This document shows positions 1 through 44,054 of a DNA stretch of 64,000 bases, one piece after another; within the stretch, counting starts at the first letter, position 1; the number at the start of each line of letters is the position of its first letter. The DNA comes from Tubiluchus corallicola (lineage: Eukaryota; Animalia; Priapulida). The translations under genes and the position numbers were made by a program. Under the pieces are notes generated by a model that saw only the letters and a list, made by a program, of their open reading frames with translations, was not told the origin of the DNA and ran no database searches. The DNA lies in NCBI GenBank assembly GCA_030141605.1, contig JAQGDQ010000344.1, forward strand, positions 186,001 to 250,000, written 5' to 3'.

Positions 1-727
1 GCCATGGTGTTTGTGACACGCAGCTGCTATGTTCATTGTCCTGCTGTTGCTTCTAACATCACACTGCCGGAAATGACATTGCTAAAGTTGGCATTGCTAT
101 GGTGACTGGGCAATTTTTGTCTGCCATCTAGGGGCGAGTTTAAAAACAATGCAAGGGTACATTTGCACTGCTTGCAGTCGTATATGTGAGCAGTATGATA
201 AGACCTTACGTATCTACTGCACAAGCATCTCTACAAAAACATTTATGCCTTATTACCTAAATAGGAATAAAATAGATGATAATGCACTTAGTCAAACAAC
301 AGGGTCAACTTTGCTATAATCCGAACCATCCAGTTTCTTACTAAATGAAAAAGGTCTGCAGCTGCTGTAGCTGTATAATACAGTAAGCTTCCACTTACGA
401 ATTATTAAGGCCTACCCCAATAAAGCAAATTCATAGTACCCAATTTTTCAACACGAAAAAGGAAAAATCTCGGAATATGCTTTTTCTCCTTAAACGTAAA
501 TGGTACAACTTTTTAGTAACAGAGTATTCATCCACATATGAGATAACAGATGTTATTATGTAAAGTAGCTACATTTATCCTTGTCCATAATTGTCAAAAT
601 CAAATTTTTTTACATGATAATTTTAACATAATGTTATTGTATACTGTGTATGTGTGATAAATGTAATTATAAGGTAGCTATAAAAATGATTTGTTTAATG
701 TCTGTATGTAGTATAGACTAACATCAC

Positions 728-728
<1 letters not shown>

Positions 729-773
<45 letters not shown>

Positions 774-776
774 TGC

Positions 777-813
<37 letters not shown>
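729..813. repeat. (GT)n/(GCGT)n microsatellite
   Basis: Direct reading. Confidence 0.95.
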
Positions 814-816
<3 letters not shown>

Positions 817-1057
817 TGTTAGCTTTGCACCTGATGCATTTGTCCTGATACAGCATATCGTACATTGACGAAAGTCATAATAATAATAATCATTATTTTA
901 CAGGTTAATATTTTAACATTAAATTTCTCTAATATGCAATCAAATTATAAGATAATAAAGATTTATAGGTACTTGCAAAATGCGCCATAAATTAAACTGC
1001 TATCTCGGACATAACCGTTGCCAAATTTAATTAAATTTAAAACTCTTAGTCTCTTAC

Positions 1058-4000
1058 CTTATGGTAAACCGTTTCCATTATCCGTGGTTCGCATTCCAGC
1101 AGATTTGACCCACAGCAACCCGCACAGCGATCTATGACCACGCATGTTGGCCAAACAGTTTCCGAAGGATGACTTGGTTGGGGTATTGATACAATGGTTG
1201 GACGCGTTTGACATTTTGCTTGTTCAGCGGGTTTGCTTATGTAAATGGGAGGTTTTTCTGCAAGAATATTTTTGTGCATTGCAGTTGCTTATGATAAGTA
1301 GGTTATATTAGATAATCTAAATATAAAACCAACTTCTATATGTTAATGTACCCCAAAAGGCACATGAAATGGCCGAAAATTAGAAGAAAAGCTTTAGGTA
1401 GATGAGCTAGGGATACCACAAGTTGTTGTTCTTGCAAATCCTGAGTTGTCGTAATTTGTTATGAAACTACATTAAATGGAATTGTAAATATCGATCATTG
1501 TAATAAGCTTTTTCTCAGTTCCAGCGATTGATGACGATCGTGAAAAGGTCAAAGGTTAAGTGTACCAGACAACACATTTGTGCACACTTGACAATGCCTC
1601 ACAGCCCAAGCTATTGTAATAGTAAGAGTTTTAACAGCTAGCTAGAACCTTAGCTTGTTCATTTTTTTGTTATCAATCAAGATCCTGCTAGTAAATCACT
1701 CTACGTACAGACTAATTCATAATTAAGTAAAGTCCACAAAGTACAACTGACGTTACAGAACTGACACGGCAGACGGCTTTGCTTTGCCCAATGTTAAGTG
1801 ACGGTTGTAGTTAAGATGCATTACTGTGGTACACTTGATCTTTGACCTGTAGCAACTGGGCGTGCGCAAAACGAAACTGTGAAAAGGCTCATTTGCAGAT
1901 GTACCTTTATAAACAAGATGAAATCCCGCATTGACGGCGCTCCCGTCTGAGTGGAACATGATTTTTATACCAGGGGAGAAAACTTCTATTGGATCAGGAA
2001 GCGAGTTTTCATCACAGAAACGTCCAAGAGAATTGAACGATTTGCTTCCAGTTATCCTAAACAACTAAAAAACTCTGATGAAACTAGTGCACATAGCAGT
2101 GATTAGTGAAAGTAGTAGATATATAGTATAATTAGTAGTTATGTGACATAGTAATGAAACTACCTTTAAAGCAGTGGAGAAGAAATACAGCTGTTAACAC
2201 GGGCCTGCATTTTTAAGAATAGTACACTTTGTTTAGTTGGAGATTTAGACACTTGGGGGTTCACACATTTGGCAAATGCACAAACATTTATTTTGACAAT
2301 CGGTAACTCGAACACTTATCAACTTGGACATTACCTTACCTGAATACTAAGTGTGGTAACTGACACTTGCTAACCCAGACAACTCAAAAATAGTGCAAGA
2401 TGATTACATAAAATTTTCCAAGATAAGTTTTCATGCGACTGCAAATAGTGCAATTACAAGTTTCATTGTTTTGCCCGATTAACTTTGCTGGTCATTGAAA
2501 AATTTCACTTTTTACACAATATTCGTGAATTTCGTTACAATGAGTGTTTCAGGTAAAAGCAGCGGACGGATTAAGAGGGGTTAATGATCAGATGTTTGTG
2601 CCAAGATCATTTTTGGATTTTGTGAGTTTTCAGTATAATTAATTGTGTTTTATGCTGCTTTGTTCAGTAAATGAAACGCTTTCTGGCGGGGTACTGGCGG
2701 ATATTTCGCAAGTGGTTAAATTATTTGCCTACTCAAACAAAAACAGCCAACATCTTCATAATTAATGGCTAATGAAATGTCCAACCAGAATATGTTATTT
2801 ATGCAAATGCAGGACATAAACGTTTTGCGCGCTAGTGATTTTGTAAAAAAAATTGTGTAAAAGTTCACGCAGCAGCAAGGCACAGTATAGCTGGAACAAT
2901 AGATTGCCATAGTGTTTGTGACACGCAGTAATCAAGTAATTTAATTATTCTGATATCTATCGAACCCTTCCCTTCCCAGGCAGCAAAAGAAAAGTGATGA
3001 CAATTTGTAACATACGATAAATTAGGGGTACACATGCTGTATGTAGGTAATTACCTCGATATAATCAAACATGCAATTGTTTTCATATTCTAAATTCAAG
3101 GCCTTGAATTCCAAGATGTACAACTTCTGAAAAAAAGAAAAACTTTTAACTAAGAGAGTAGGTTAAACAAAAATAATACGGATACTAAGGATAACAGGAT
3201 GTCTTGTCTTGCAACGCCATAAGTTGCAAAATGTAAAATTTTGATAGATTTTATTCGCATTTCAACCTTAGCGAGCGCAGGGCGAGGTGAGCAACCCAGT
3301 TAAGTGATGCTGAGCCTGTTTGGTAGACTCTAAGTTCAGTGTTTGTTAAACAAGTTAAGATTATAAAGATTTTTCTGGTTCTATTCCCACTTTCCAATTG
3401 TCGGTCCTTACCTTGAATGCCTGTTGGCCTTGTTTCGGGCAATCTGCATGAAAACTGGCTATCCCAAAGATAAAATTTCATACAAAGACATCTACATAAC
3501 ACACAGATAAATACCTCTAAAACCATGATGAAATTAAAGTGTCTATTACGTCCGCATAGCCAACACAGTCTACGTTGTTATCTTCTTACCTTGTTTACAT
3601 TGTGTGATTGCATCAAAGCTTAGGACTACTCCACGATCGTATTTACCTTAGTTGTGTGGTTTATAAAGACCTCGCAATCAAAATTTACAGGATAAGGGGC
3701 TTTCCCGTATTCTGGTAGCACTATGTCTGTCTCGACATTGACTATCTCGGATCCGTTAGCTTTACATAACGCAACTGTAAACAAACCAAATAAGATTTAA
3801 GAACTTACAATATGAAAAAATATTTAAGACATTGAAGAAAAATGCGTGTTTATATTGCGGTTTAAAACAAATATATGGAATCTCAGTTACACCACGTACT
3901 TTCACAACTTCCCTTTCGAACATAAAAGCCCATTTAATTAAATATAGGAATTTTGAATTGGTGTGTGCACGACAACTTGCGCGCCATTCCAGAATTCCTA

Positions 4001-6955
4001 TATCCAAGGCCATATATTTTAGTTAAATGAATCATAATTAGTAATTATTGTAAATGTGTTTTATTCTTCCTCGTCATTAATTCTTGTTGCTACTTTTTTC
4101 GTTGCTGCACAGCAGTTTAGACTGCATTGTCGCATTTGCCTTTAGCAGTGTAAATTTTTATTAACCAACGCCGATTGATCATCTCTGTAAAGTCTGTTTT
4201 CAGTGATTATCAATGTACTTTAACTCCTTCAGGACCGCACCATTGAAAATATGTTTTATAAGACCTATGACTTTTCTGTTACTGTATGAGGACAGCCATA
4301 ATTAAATGATTGCAAATTAGGCAGTTCTATTCAGGAGAATCTCGGCTATCCAACCATGCTATTTGTTTAAACATTTATAAGTGATTTACTTGGATAAAAT
4401 TAAGAAAAACACGCCTTCTTCAGGCACTCCAAATTAGCCTATCGAGTAGCTTGGTCTGGTGCACACTTGCGTGATCGTACACACTTATTTATTGATCACT
4501 TGCTTGCTGCAGCCCAAGCTGTGCAGCGTTCTGCTGCTACTCCAGGAAAAACCAACCGATGTGCGAAGGACAAATTAAAGTCCTTTCATCTTTTAACAAA
4601 ATTTCTCCTTAAAAATAGAGTGGACTTGAGGACAAAGCGTTAGCTGAGTGTTGTGTTTGGTTAGTTGAAATTTTCTGCATTAGCTGATTTCACACAAGTA
4701 ATACTGTACATTGTTACAATGAAAATACAGCAGCTGCTGAAAGCTTTTTCAATTTTTTCATCAAATTGTCTATGGTAAGCAAATGCGTTTCATATATAAT
4801 TCTGTATGAAAATCCATTGTGTGAGGAGTAGAAGCCTACAAAAAAAAATTGTCAAATATAATGTAATCGCTGCTTAGTGAGAGCAATTTTTCATGAACCT
4901 ATGCCAAATGCAGCAAACACTTACGGTCCTTAAGGAGTTAATGGCAAATAAAGATTGTTTTATATTTATAATTGTAGATTTGTTCTGCTGTGACTGCTAA
5001 GATTTGGCTTTACACCGAGTGTTTTAGAAGAAACCTATAGCACGTAATTACAATGTTGTAATGCAGAAGTTCAAGTTCATCTTGGGGAAAACAACAAGTG
5101 TTATTCAACGCATTCAACATAATGAATGTTTTCACATGTAGTGTCTTTCCCATTTATGTTTCCAGAAGGTAACAGCGCACTCTTCCAGCAGTTATTATCA
5201 CAATCTTTTACTAAATGACACAACACTCAACGGTCTTTCATAATGCTTTATGATGATTTTGTCAGAAGATTTCAGCATATTTTTACTGCACTTTTTCTTC
5301 TAGAACACTCTGTGCTACAATAAGATTCTTATTATGCTTGAAAACTAATTACCGTTGTCACTTTCTGGTTGAAAATCAGGTAAGACATCATCTAGCTTTG
5401 GAGTAAATGGTGGAAAAGTTAACTGCTCACGTTCCCTGTAACTGAAACCTACAGAAGATCTGACGACGTCACCAAAAGCAGGAGCTTGAAAGGCGTTGTA
5501 AGAGTTACCAAAAGTAGGCAACACTTGAGGGACAGAAGAAGGGCTTTTGGTTGAGGTCCTTTCTGTTGTGGCATTAACTAAGATACTCGCTGTTGACGTT
5601 GTTGCTGATGCTGCTTTTGTTGATCTTGTTGGAGGTAAAGGTATCGCTGTTGTAACTGTTGTTTGTGGTGGGGATGATCTTGCTCCTGTTATTGTTGCTG
5701 ATGATGGTGCTGCGGCAGTTGTTGCTATTGGTGTTGTTGTTGTTGTTGGTGGTGGTGGTAGTGATGTGGTTGATGTTGCTGCCGTAAACCACGGCGTGGT
5801 AGATGTCACTGTAGAAGAGTAATCACTAGTGTTAGCTTCTGAGGGACTAGAAGTTACACGATACTTTGGTAAAGGTTGAAAAAGTTTTTGCGTTGTGGAT
5901 GATGATTCGGCAGCAGTTGAACTTCTCGCTTGAAGTGGATCATTACTTCTCTCAAGAAAGTTCGGCTTTTGCTGCTTCGAGAGAACATCGAAATGCGAAG
6001 TTCGATGTCTTGCATCTAAAGCAGAGGTAAACCTGTTTTCCTTTGCAAGGAGTCCACCGTAGCTTCTGCTTACAGTTAAGAAACTATTTGCTCTGTAAGA
6101 CGGTGGAGGTCTGTCAGACGGAAATGTCCTAGTACTTGGTACTCTGTCAGGTAGGACAGGTGTTGGAAGTGGTCGCCCTCGATTAAGCTGAGGAAGGTTA
6201 ACAAACCGATCGTATAGTTCTTCCACTGTTGACACACTGCTTAGCTCAGCTAGCACATCCAATGGTATCTATGAATGAACTATGAACTCTCATTATCTAT
6301 GAAATAAACAGTCATCTAATTTACATTAATGCCTTTACATTAATGATGTGAGAAATTTAGATGCAATTAAAATGCGTATTGTTCTGTATCCACCGTAAAG
6401 AATTCTTAAAACTTTGTAAAATCCTTAGTCAGTCAGTCAGTCAGTCAGTCAGTCAGTCAGTCAGTCAGTCAGTCAGTCAGTCAGTCAGTCAGTCAGTCAG
6501 TCAGTCAGTGAATCATCCAATCAATCAATCAAGCAATCAAACAATCAATAAATGAATTAATCAATGAATTAATCGATGAATCACTCAGTGAATCAATGAA
6601 AAAGTCAATCAGTCAATCAATAAATCAATCATTCAATCAATCAATTAATCAGTCAATCTATAAAAGATCCTAAGTAAACTCTAAACGAGTTGAAAGTCGT
6701 CGGAATGTGCCCATGTTAATGAATTGTCATGATGCTTCTTGGAACGTAGGTCCTCATCTGTGGCACTGTATCCAATAAACATGCATATAACTAAGTAATT
6801 TCGTGATTTTAAAATTTTAATATTAATATTCCTTAATTTGATCCAGAGCAAGTTTTTTCTGTAAGTACGTTGTTTCAATAGTTACTTACCTCGGAAGCAC
6901 ATTTTTGAAATAATAACACACAGTGGAGGAAAAGCAAGCTCGTCGAGCACTTCAT
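1058..6955 (-). CDS. PDGF/VEGF-family growth factor with propeptide motif, Ser/Thr/Pro-rich stalk and CUB domain (3' end unresolved)
   Basis: Phase-consistent GT-AG exons: 6955-6890 (MKCSTSLLFLHCVLLFQKCASE, signal peptide); 6268-5353 (IPLDVLAELSSVSTVEELYDRFV + T/S/P-rich stalk); 3774-3647, 3126-3055, 2064-1905 (CUB: YPVNFDCEV, LEYENNCMFDYIE, GRFC, FHSDGSAVNAGFHLVY); 1257-1058 (CQTRPT..WPTCVVIDRCAGCC..ECEP, PDGF/VEGF signature). The exon carrying the final CxC was not securely identified. Confidence 0.85.
1506..1889 (+). mobile_element. About 380-bp MITE, family 1, copy 1
   Basis: TIR AGCCTTTTCACAGTT-like at both ends; homologous to 11363-11743 and 16439-16822. Confidence 0.8.
4224..4937. mobile_element. 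Non-autonomous TTAA-flanked (piggyBac-like) element
   Basis: TTAA|CTCCTTCAGGACCG ... CGGTCCTTAAGGAG|TTAA. Confidence 0.7.
6427..6509. repeat. (AGTC)n microsatellite
   Basis: Direct reading. Confidence 0.95.
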
Positions 6956-7561
6956 TTCTTTGCAAGTTTATACGTTTGCATTCGACACAGCATTGATGAA
7001 TAATGCAACGAAAAATTAGCGCTAATACATTTGTATCAATCTACAAAATGGAAAACTAAATACAATTTCACAAATCTTGCACCAAAGTTTACAGTAAACC
7101 AAGAAGCAAAAGCCTTTATTGTCAGAGGTAAACATACAATTAATTTACCGCAGTGGGTCAGATCTAAGCATAACAGGCGCTTTGAGGAACAATGAATGTA
7201 CATAAGTTTCGTCTACCGTCCGTATAAAACAGATTTAATACAAGAGCAAACCAGTAACGACAACAGCAGTTAAAAGGGGCTCTAAACTGTGGTTGGTTTT
7301 ACTAAATTTCCGCAACGAATTTCTTGGAAACTAACTGTGCTTAGAACGATAGGTTAGATTACTTGAAAGTATGGATTCGCCGTCAAAAGCATTTCAGTCG
7401 TATAGTGAAGCAGTCGGCGTGACTGATTTGTAGCCTAAGGTTGTACTACATTTTCATAGTCTTAAAGCTAGTTCCTGTTTGTAAAGTACTTGGCGAGTTC
7501 TATGATCTGTGTAAAAATCCCCTCACTCTCACACACCAGTGACTGGGGCAGTGGTGTTAGG

Positions 7562-7759
7562 ATGAAAGAGTAACTCGAAATGGTAACGCAGTAATGATTA
7601 AAACTCATCAGAGCTTATACACAGCGTATGAAAGAGAAACTCGAAATGGTAACGCAGTAATGATTAAAACTCATCAGAACATATACACAGCGTATGAAAG
7701 AGTAACTCGAAATGGTAACGCAGTAATGATTAAAACTCATCAGAACTTATACACAGCGT
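7562..7759 (+). repeat. 66-bp tandem repeat x3
   Basis: ATGAAAGAGTAACTCGAAATGGTAACGCAGTAATGATTAAAACTCATCAGA.CTTATACACAGCGT repeated three times. Confidence 0.95.
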
Positions 7760-7999
7760 ATATGAATAAGTCGGTAGACATTTTATACTAGGAAATAATC
7801 GCACAAGTTGCTACAGATAGTCTTGCGCAGTGCACAGTAGTTAATTTTTATTATACTTGTATAGGCTTAGCTAAGAATGTAGCCTGTTTCGAATGATAGT
7901 CGGCGTGACACAGTCGGTGACGATGACATTGTCGAAGAGGACGACACTGACAGTGATGACGATGACGATGACGGTGAAGATGATGATGATGGTTCGGCG

Positions 8000-8199
8000 G
8001 TGGTGGTGATGGTGGTGGTAATGGTAGTGGTGGTGGTGATGGTGGTGATGATGGTGGTGGTGGTAGTGGTGGTGGTGGTGGTGGTGGTGATGGTGATGAT
8101 GATGGTGGTGGTGGTAGTGGTGGTGGTAGTGGTGGTGGTGATGGTGGTGATGATGGTGGTGGTGGTAGTGGTGGTGGTAGTGGTGGTGGTGGTGGTAGT
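8000..8199. repeat. (GGT/GAT/AGT)n microsatellite
   Basis: Direct reading. Confidence 0.95.
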
Positions 8200-8660
8200 G
8201 CTTATTATTCTTTATTAGCAGCTTACGCCTAACAATTGCTCCGTGGATTGGAGTAACTGTATCAGATGCAGTCTGATTTGTAAATCCACTATAAACAAAC
8301 AAAATTTAAGCTACGAAGAAACGGCTTTAGTGCTGAAAGTAAATTGAACAGCAATGTTGCAAAGCTGTATAATACTTACAGCAAGCAGTTAATAAAGCAT
8401 GACATTGACCATATAGCATGTCATTGAAAAAGATAAGAATTCAACGTTTACATTAAAGTTACTAGAACTATGCTGTTAAGAAAGCTTGCATGTTGTTAAC
8501 ACAAAACTGTAACGAAACCTGATGTAGTATCGTGTCGCGGGCCATTGTCGTTTTGGAAACTTATTCGTTAGTGCAGCAAAAAAGGCCAAGGCAGTAAACA
8601 GGCTCAGCAGTGTAGACGTGTGGTTCATTATCTTGCTGCTTTGGTTCTGATAACTTTTAC

Positions 8661-8853
8661 ATGCTAAAGTGGCATTTATATAGATGCGGATGCGTTTTGG
8701 GAAGTGCGGAGTAGATAAATCGGTTTATATTGTTTTCAATGCACCCGTTTATGGAGCCTGCGTATGCTATTTCCTATTAATTTTTTTCCGCAGGCTGTTC
8801 CACAGTAGAAAACGCATCCGCATCCGCATGCTACATAAACGCCACTTTAGCAT
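8661..8853. mobile_element. Short hairpin MITE with about 40-bp inverted arms
   Basis: ATGCTAAAGTGGCATTTATATAGATGCGGATGCGTTTT ... AAAACGCATCCGCAT..CTACATAAACGCCACTTTAGCAT. Confidence 0.6.
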
Positions 8854-9705
8854 AGAAACCCACTTTCCAAGTTGTTAAAGGTAGGCTCTAACCTCCAACG
8901 CGCATGGAAAGCAAGTACGACACCTAGTGGTGAGATTTTCAAACTTAACTGTCCTTAATAAGGTCATTCAATATACAGTAATTATTAGATGGTAACAAAA
9001 AAGAGTCCTTGTCAGTGTCAACGTTTGTATAATTCCAGATTGTCACGACGACGCAGACACACACTTATTTGTGGGAATGCAGAAACCTGCTCCCATTCTA
9101 AGTAAATATGATAATAACAAATATAAACACATGTCGTCTAGTAGATACTTCTCTCACAACGTTTATTCATTCTCTTCTCAAATCGTCCTCGTCTCGTCGA
9201 CAAGCAATTTTGATTCTTTTTGGTAATACAGCTTCAAACACCTTACTTTAATTTAGTAAATATGGTGTGGACGACGATAGTAGTGATGACGACAGTGGCG
9301 AAGATAACAATGATAAGGGCGACAATGCTAATGATTTTGGCAACTATGACAGAGATGACGATATTGACAATAACTGCAACAATGATGATTATAATAGCCT
9401 TGTTTCAATTTAATTGCATTTAATTTAACACATGGGCGCAACCATTTTATTTTTTACGTTTTTGCCTTATTTTACACAGCATGATAATCTAGAAATTGTG
9501 AATTTAACGCCGTTTGACATTCAACAAAATCAGAATCAGCTCTCAACGCTTTATCTAATGTAGGTGGTTGGACCTCAACCTAGCTAGTACCGAATCGGCA
9601 GAGAGATGCATTTGTCATGCTACTCCCTCCGTCGTTTGCAATGTGGGGCGCGATAAAAAAAAATTAATGAAAATGCTTGTTTAGGAAGCATTCGCGATTT
9701 AGAAG

Positions 9706-28823
<19,118 letters not shown>

Positions 28824-28854
28824 AACTGTTGCATTTCACGACATTTGTCGTTGT

Positions 28855-28890
28855 CATGTCACTTTTCATTCAGAGAACTGTTACTCAGTT
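28855..28890 (+). pseudogene. Duplicated 3' fragment of astacin exon 5 with dead donor (duplication junction)
   Basis: catgtcacttttcattcagagaactgttactcag|ttacg matches 15411-15449 catgtcacttttcatccagagaactgttatccag|gtacg. The GT donor is now TT, and downstream intron similarity continues to about 29830. Confidence 0.8.
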
Positions 28891-29426
28891 ACGTTTACTT
28901 TTACCACTAAGTAATATAAAGCAAAATAAACTAATTAACTAAACAAAAGACGTCATTATCATCGTCGTCGTCGTCGTCATCATCATCATCGTCGTCGTCA
29001 TCACAATCACAATCACCATCACCATCATCATTGTCATCGTCATCATCATCATCATCATCATTACTATTGTCTTCATCGTTGTTGTCACCATCATTGTCTT
29101 TATCGTATTGAGCTGTATTGTCAATCACGTCATGGTTATCTTGCCCTTAGTTTAAGGTTACATTCTACGTGTTTTCAAAACAAACGTTAAACGAAATTAT
29201 ACTGTTTTCTTTTTCTGCGAAGTCTGCTCAAAAAGCTTCAAGCTGTCTTTAATAACAATAAATTCCTGCCGAATAATTACAAATTTTTCATGTGAACATT
29301 TATTAACCTATATGTGGTAACAATATTCCTAATAATGATTTCTGAATACGTTCATTTTTTGTGGATAGATTGAAGTTCGTAGAAAAGCAAAAAAGCTAAA
29401 TTTTGAAAACCACATCAAATTTATTA

Positions 29427-29802
29427 CACTCATATCTCGGTTTCCCGGATCTCGCTCTTACGGATATCAGAAAAATCGGACAAAATCTGGACTAATAATA
29501 GTCCTGCATACCACAGACACAGTCCGTTGTTTCGCGAGCTGACCGCTAGTTGGCGGGCCGTCACTTTGTTTACATCATTTACATCAGTACACGGACGTAT
29601 CTCTATATATAAAATATATTGTCAATTATTTGAGTCAATTGCTGACAGTTTTTATATACTTTTGCATTGACGCGGCCGTACTAACGTTTTTGAGACAATT
29701 AGGCGATTGATTCTACATTAATGCAACTAAAATTAATACGGACAATTGGCAAATTTGGACCAACGTCTCCCCGCTTTTGTCTGGCAAACTGGGATATGAG
29801 TG
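29427..29802. mobile_element. MITE family 2 (CACTCATATC termini)
   Basis: TA|CACTCATATCTCGGTTTCCCGGA ... TCTGGCAAACTGGGATATGAGTG|TA. It is absent from the paralogous site near 15905. A second copy at 19146-20430 is split by the hAT element. Confidence 0.8.
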
Positions 29803-30923
29803 TATTAGCATTATTAATGACAATAATTAACTCGTGCCTTTACTTTTACTTGTACACATCATCCCAGATAAAAACTGCGAGCTGTAAAAGCTAATTATGT
29901 CTAATACAAATATCCACAAAATCATTTAAAATGTACATACAGAACTTCTAAATTAAACTTTTGTTGGAAGCAAATACATAAAGCAGAAGCATATAACTTT
30001 TTAATTATATTAACTTTATCTAAAATTTACAGAACAGTTTGCATTTTTCAGTACTCGGAAGAGCTGCTCAAAATTCTTCTGTGCTCCCGCCCATGTAGTT
30101 ATTTTAAACAGTGGCGTATCAAGTTATTACGACGCCCTAGCCATAGTGAATCCTGCCACATTTTGAATTTGTGGTTGGTTATATATGATGTTCTATTAAT
30201 AATTACTCGTGGTGTATTAGTAGTACTTACATGGTTATTATTAATGACATGTTTTAATAGTTTTACATCTAACCAGGTAGCTCATCTGCTTGTGGGTGGC
30301 CATTAAGTAAAATATTACTCAATAACTACTAGTGGTGCATTATAAGATACGCGCTTTATATGAATATGAAAGGAAACTCACTTTCCCAGGAAAATGAGAA
30401 TTTTTTAAAACTGAGCACCTAAAATCTGAAGCTTCTCAAAAATATTGTCCTAGTCATAATCCCTAGTTAGTCTGTTGGTAAATACGCCCTTGATTATAAA
30501 ACAAAAATGCTTGCAAGACCAAACTGCTCTTTTACAAAATAGTTCCGCAAGATTTAATTCTTGCATTCAGCATCTAGACTCACCGATGATTCAATCAAGT
30601 TTGAATAGTGAGCATAGGAATGAGTTTCAAATAATGTAACTCCAGGTTAAATTACAATTATATTTGGGCTTTACTTAACCAAAAATAATAAATATATATA
30701 ACTTGTGTACATAGCAAAAAATAATGGCAAATTACATGTGCATATAAGTAGTAATTACTAATACGAGTGAGCTTGATATTCCATAACATTTGTTAATTTT
30801 TATTAGTTTCCAAAAATAATGTCAGAATGTTTGTTCAATTCAATTCACACAGATTACACTTTTATTTCAGACTTAGTGTCAATACTGAAATTATATGAAA
30901 ATATATAAAACTTTAGTATATAT

Positions 30924-30930
30924 NNNNNNN
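30924..30930. other. Assembly gap within a (TA)n run
   Basis: Seven N bases. Confidence 0.99.
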
Positions 30931-30961
<31 letters not shown>

Positions 30962-31572
30962 TTTAATTTAAACAACTTTGTAACTGTAATTATCTAGTTT
31001 TTATAAGCAACTCTTGACTACACCGATATTGTGAATAGTCCACAACACAATCTAACACATTCTTTTCAAAACTTTTAAAAAAGTTTTACAATAACTTTTA
31101 GAAAGCGCGAGTATATTTAATCTCAATTGAAGAAGAGCTGAATTTTCTAATTATCCTGCTTCCTCTAACATGCAATGATCTTTTTTTTAATTAATTCGTG
31201 CAGATTATATGTACAACATATGCCACCATAATAAGTACGCTGCCATTATTGTCAATAGTTGATATAAAACAACTAGAAGGCCTAAACAGATATGTCAATT
31301 TTACGAGAAATTAACTTAAATGACTGAAATAACTATTGCAAATACAATAAAATATTAACTGTACAAAAATAGCAGGCCAAAAATTACATATACTTAAACA
31401 TCGTAATTGAATTACAGCTAATTGCTGTTGGCAAATTTGCTGGTTATAACGACTTCCAATTTTTTGGTCCATAAAGTTTATGTTTTGTGATGCTGTGTTA
31501 TCTCACGTTACGTTACGTTATGCAAGTTCTCCTTTCTTCTTTCTTTTCTTTTTCATTTTCATGTGAGCATGG

Positions 31573-43085
<11,513 letters not shown>

Positions 43086-43627
43086 TATGTTACCTTTTAT
43101 GTAGCATTTGCTGCATTTGAATGGAATATTAATTTCTAACGTTATTATTATTAAACCTGACAACGTTTGCTACATGTTTTACTAGACCGGCGCGCAATGC
43201 TTTTCTTTGGAAAGAAATTTATGTAGCAGTTTATGCGCGTGTAACCATCTGCAGCAATTCCCAGCACTGATCAATTGTTATCCACTGACCAATTGTTGCC
43301 CACTGATCAATTGTTGTTCGGATGCTTAGTGACTGTTTCCTTCATGTAAAATTAATAATGGTTTCTTGGAAAAATATTGACTCTATTTAAGATTGCTATT
43401 AGACGAGCTTATTATGGTATGGCCCCACTATCACTTTCACATGTAACTTTCACTATATATCTCCTACTGAGCAGTTCGTGTTTTTAAATGTGTTACAAGA
43501 TGTAGAAGTTATTAAAAACAATGCCAAATTGGTCCACAAAATATTTTAAGGTAGGCCCGCCTGAGATAACTCAGTACAAGACTGATTGACTGACTAACTG
43601 TGTAATACACTTATAATATTTAGTTTA

Positions 43628-43681
<54 letters not shown>

Positions 43682-43814
43682 ACATTTTTGTCGTTTTTGT
43701 CTCTTGTAATTTGCTTTGCTCAGTAGTTCAATAAATATTGAGCAGACATGCGAACGATTCTTTGGTACTCGAATATGTTTTTTTTGTAAAATTATCAATG
43801 TTTTTTGCTTACAG

Positions 43815-44054
43815 GCAGTGAAAATAATTTCCTCATCTACGGACCTGATGAGATCGACCTTTACGGTACCTATGATGTGCAATCTGTCATGCACTACGGC
43901 TGCTACGGATTCTCTTCAAACGGAAGACCGACTCTTAGCAGAAAGAACAACCCTGTTTGCAAGAAGCCAGTAGGGCAGCCCATCTACTAGGGGGGGGGGG
44001 GGGGTAAGAAGCAGCGATATTTACAAGTTGAACGAAATGTATTGTCCAAAATAA
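43815..44054 (+). pseudogene. Duplicated astacin last exon disrupted by TAG and a poly-G run
   Basis: Same acceptor context and sequence as 28591-28823 (YDVQSVMHYGCYGF), but TAT GGA GGT TTA is replaced by TAG followed by a G run (43988-44004). Confidence 0.8.

Noticed and set aside
33-230. Possible last PDGF/VEGF exon (acceptor at 231-232; RCLCSRY..DCKQCKC gives plausible Cys spacing)
   Set aside because: It lacks the usual V..F.NHT.CxC pattern, and the adjacent bases 1-23 recur near 2907-2929, suggesting repeat DNA. It cannot be supported without transcripts.
2076-2120. CTGATGA..stem..GAAA hammerhead-like string
   Set aside because: Stem I and stem III do not pair convincingly and there is no G10.1-C11.1 pair; probably chance or heavily decayed.
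5547-5822. Val/Ala-rich + strand ORF and Asn-rich alternative-frame ORF
   Set aside because: These are shadows of the Thr-rich mucin-like exon.
7871-8302. His-rich ORF (and other poly-N/I/Y/L/Q/D/ER ORFs in the track)
   Set aside because: Translations of microsatellites with no splice or domain support.
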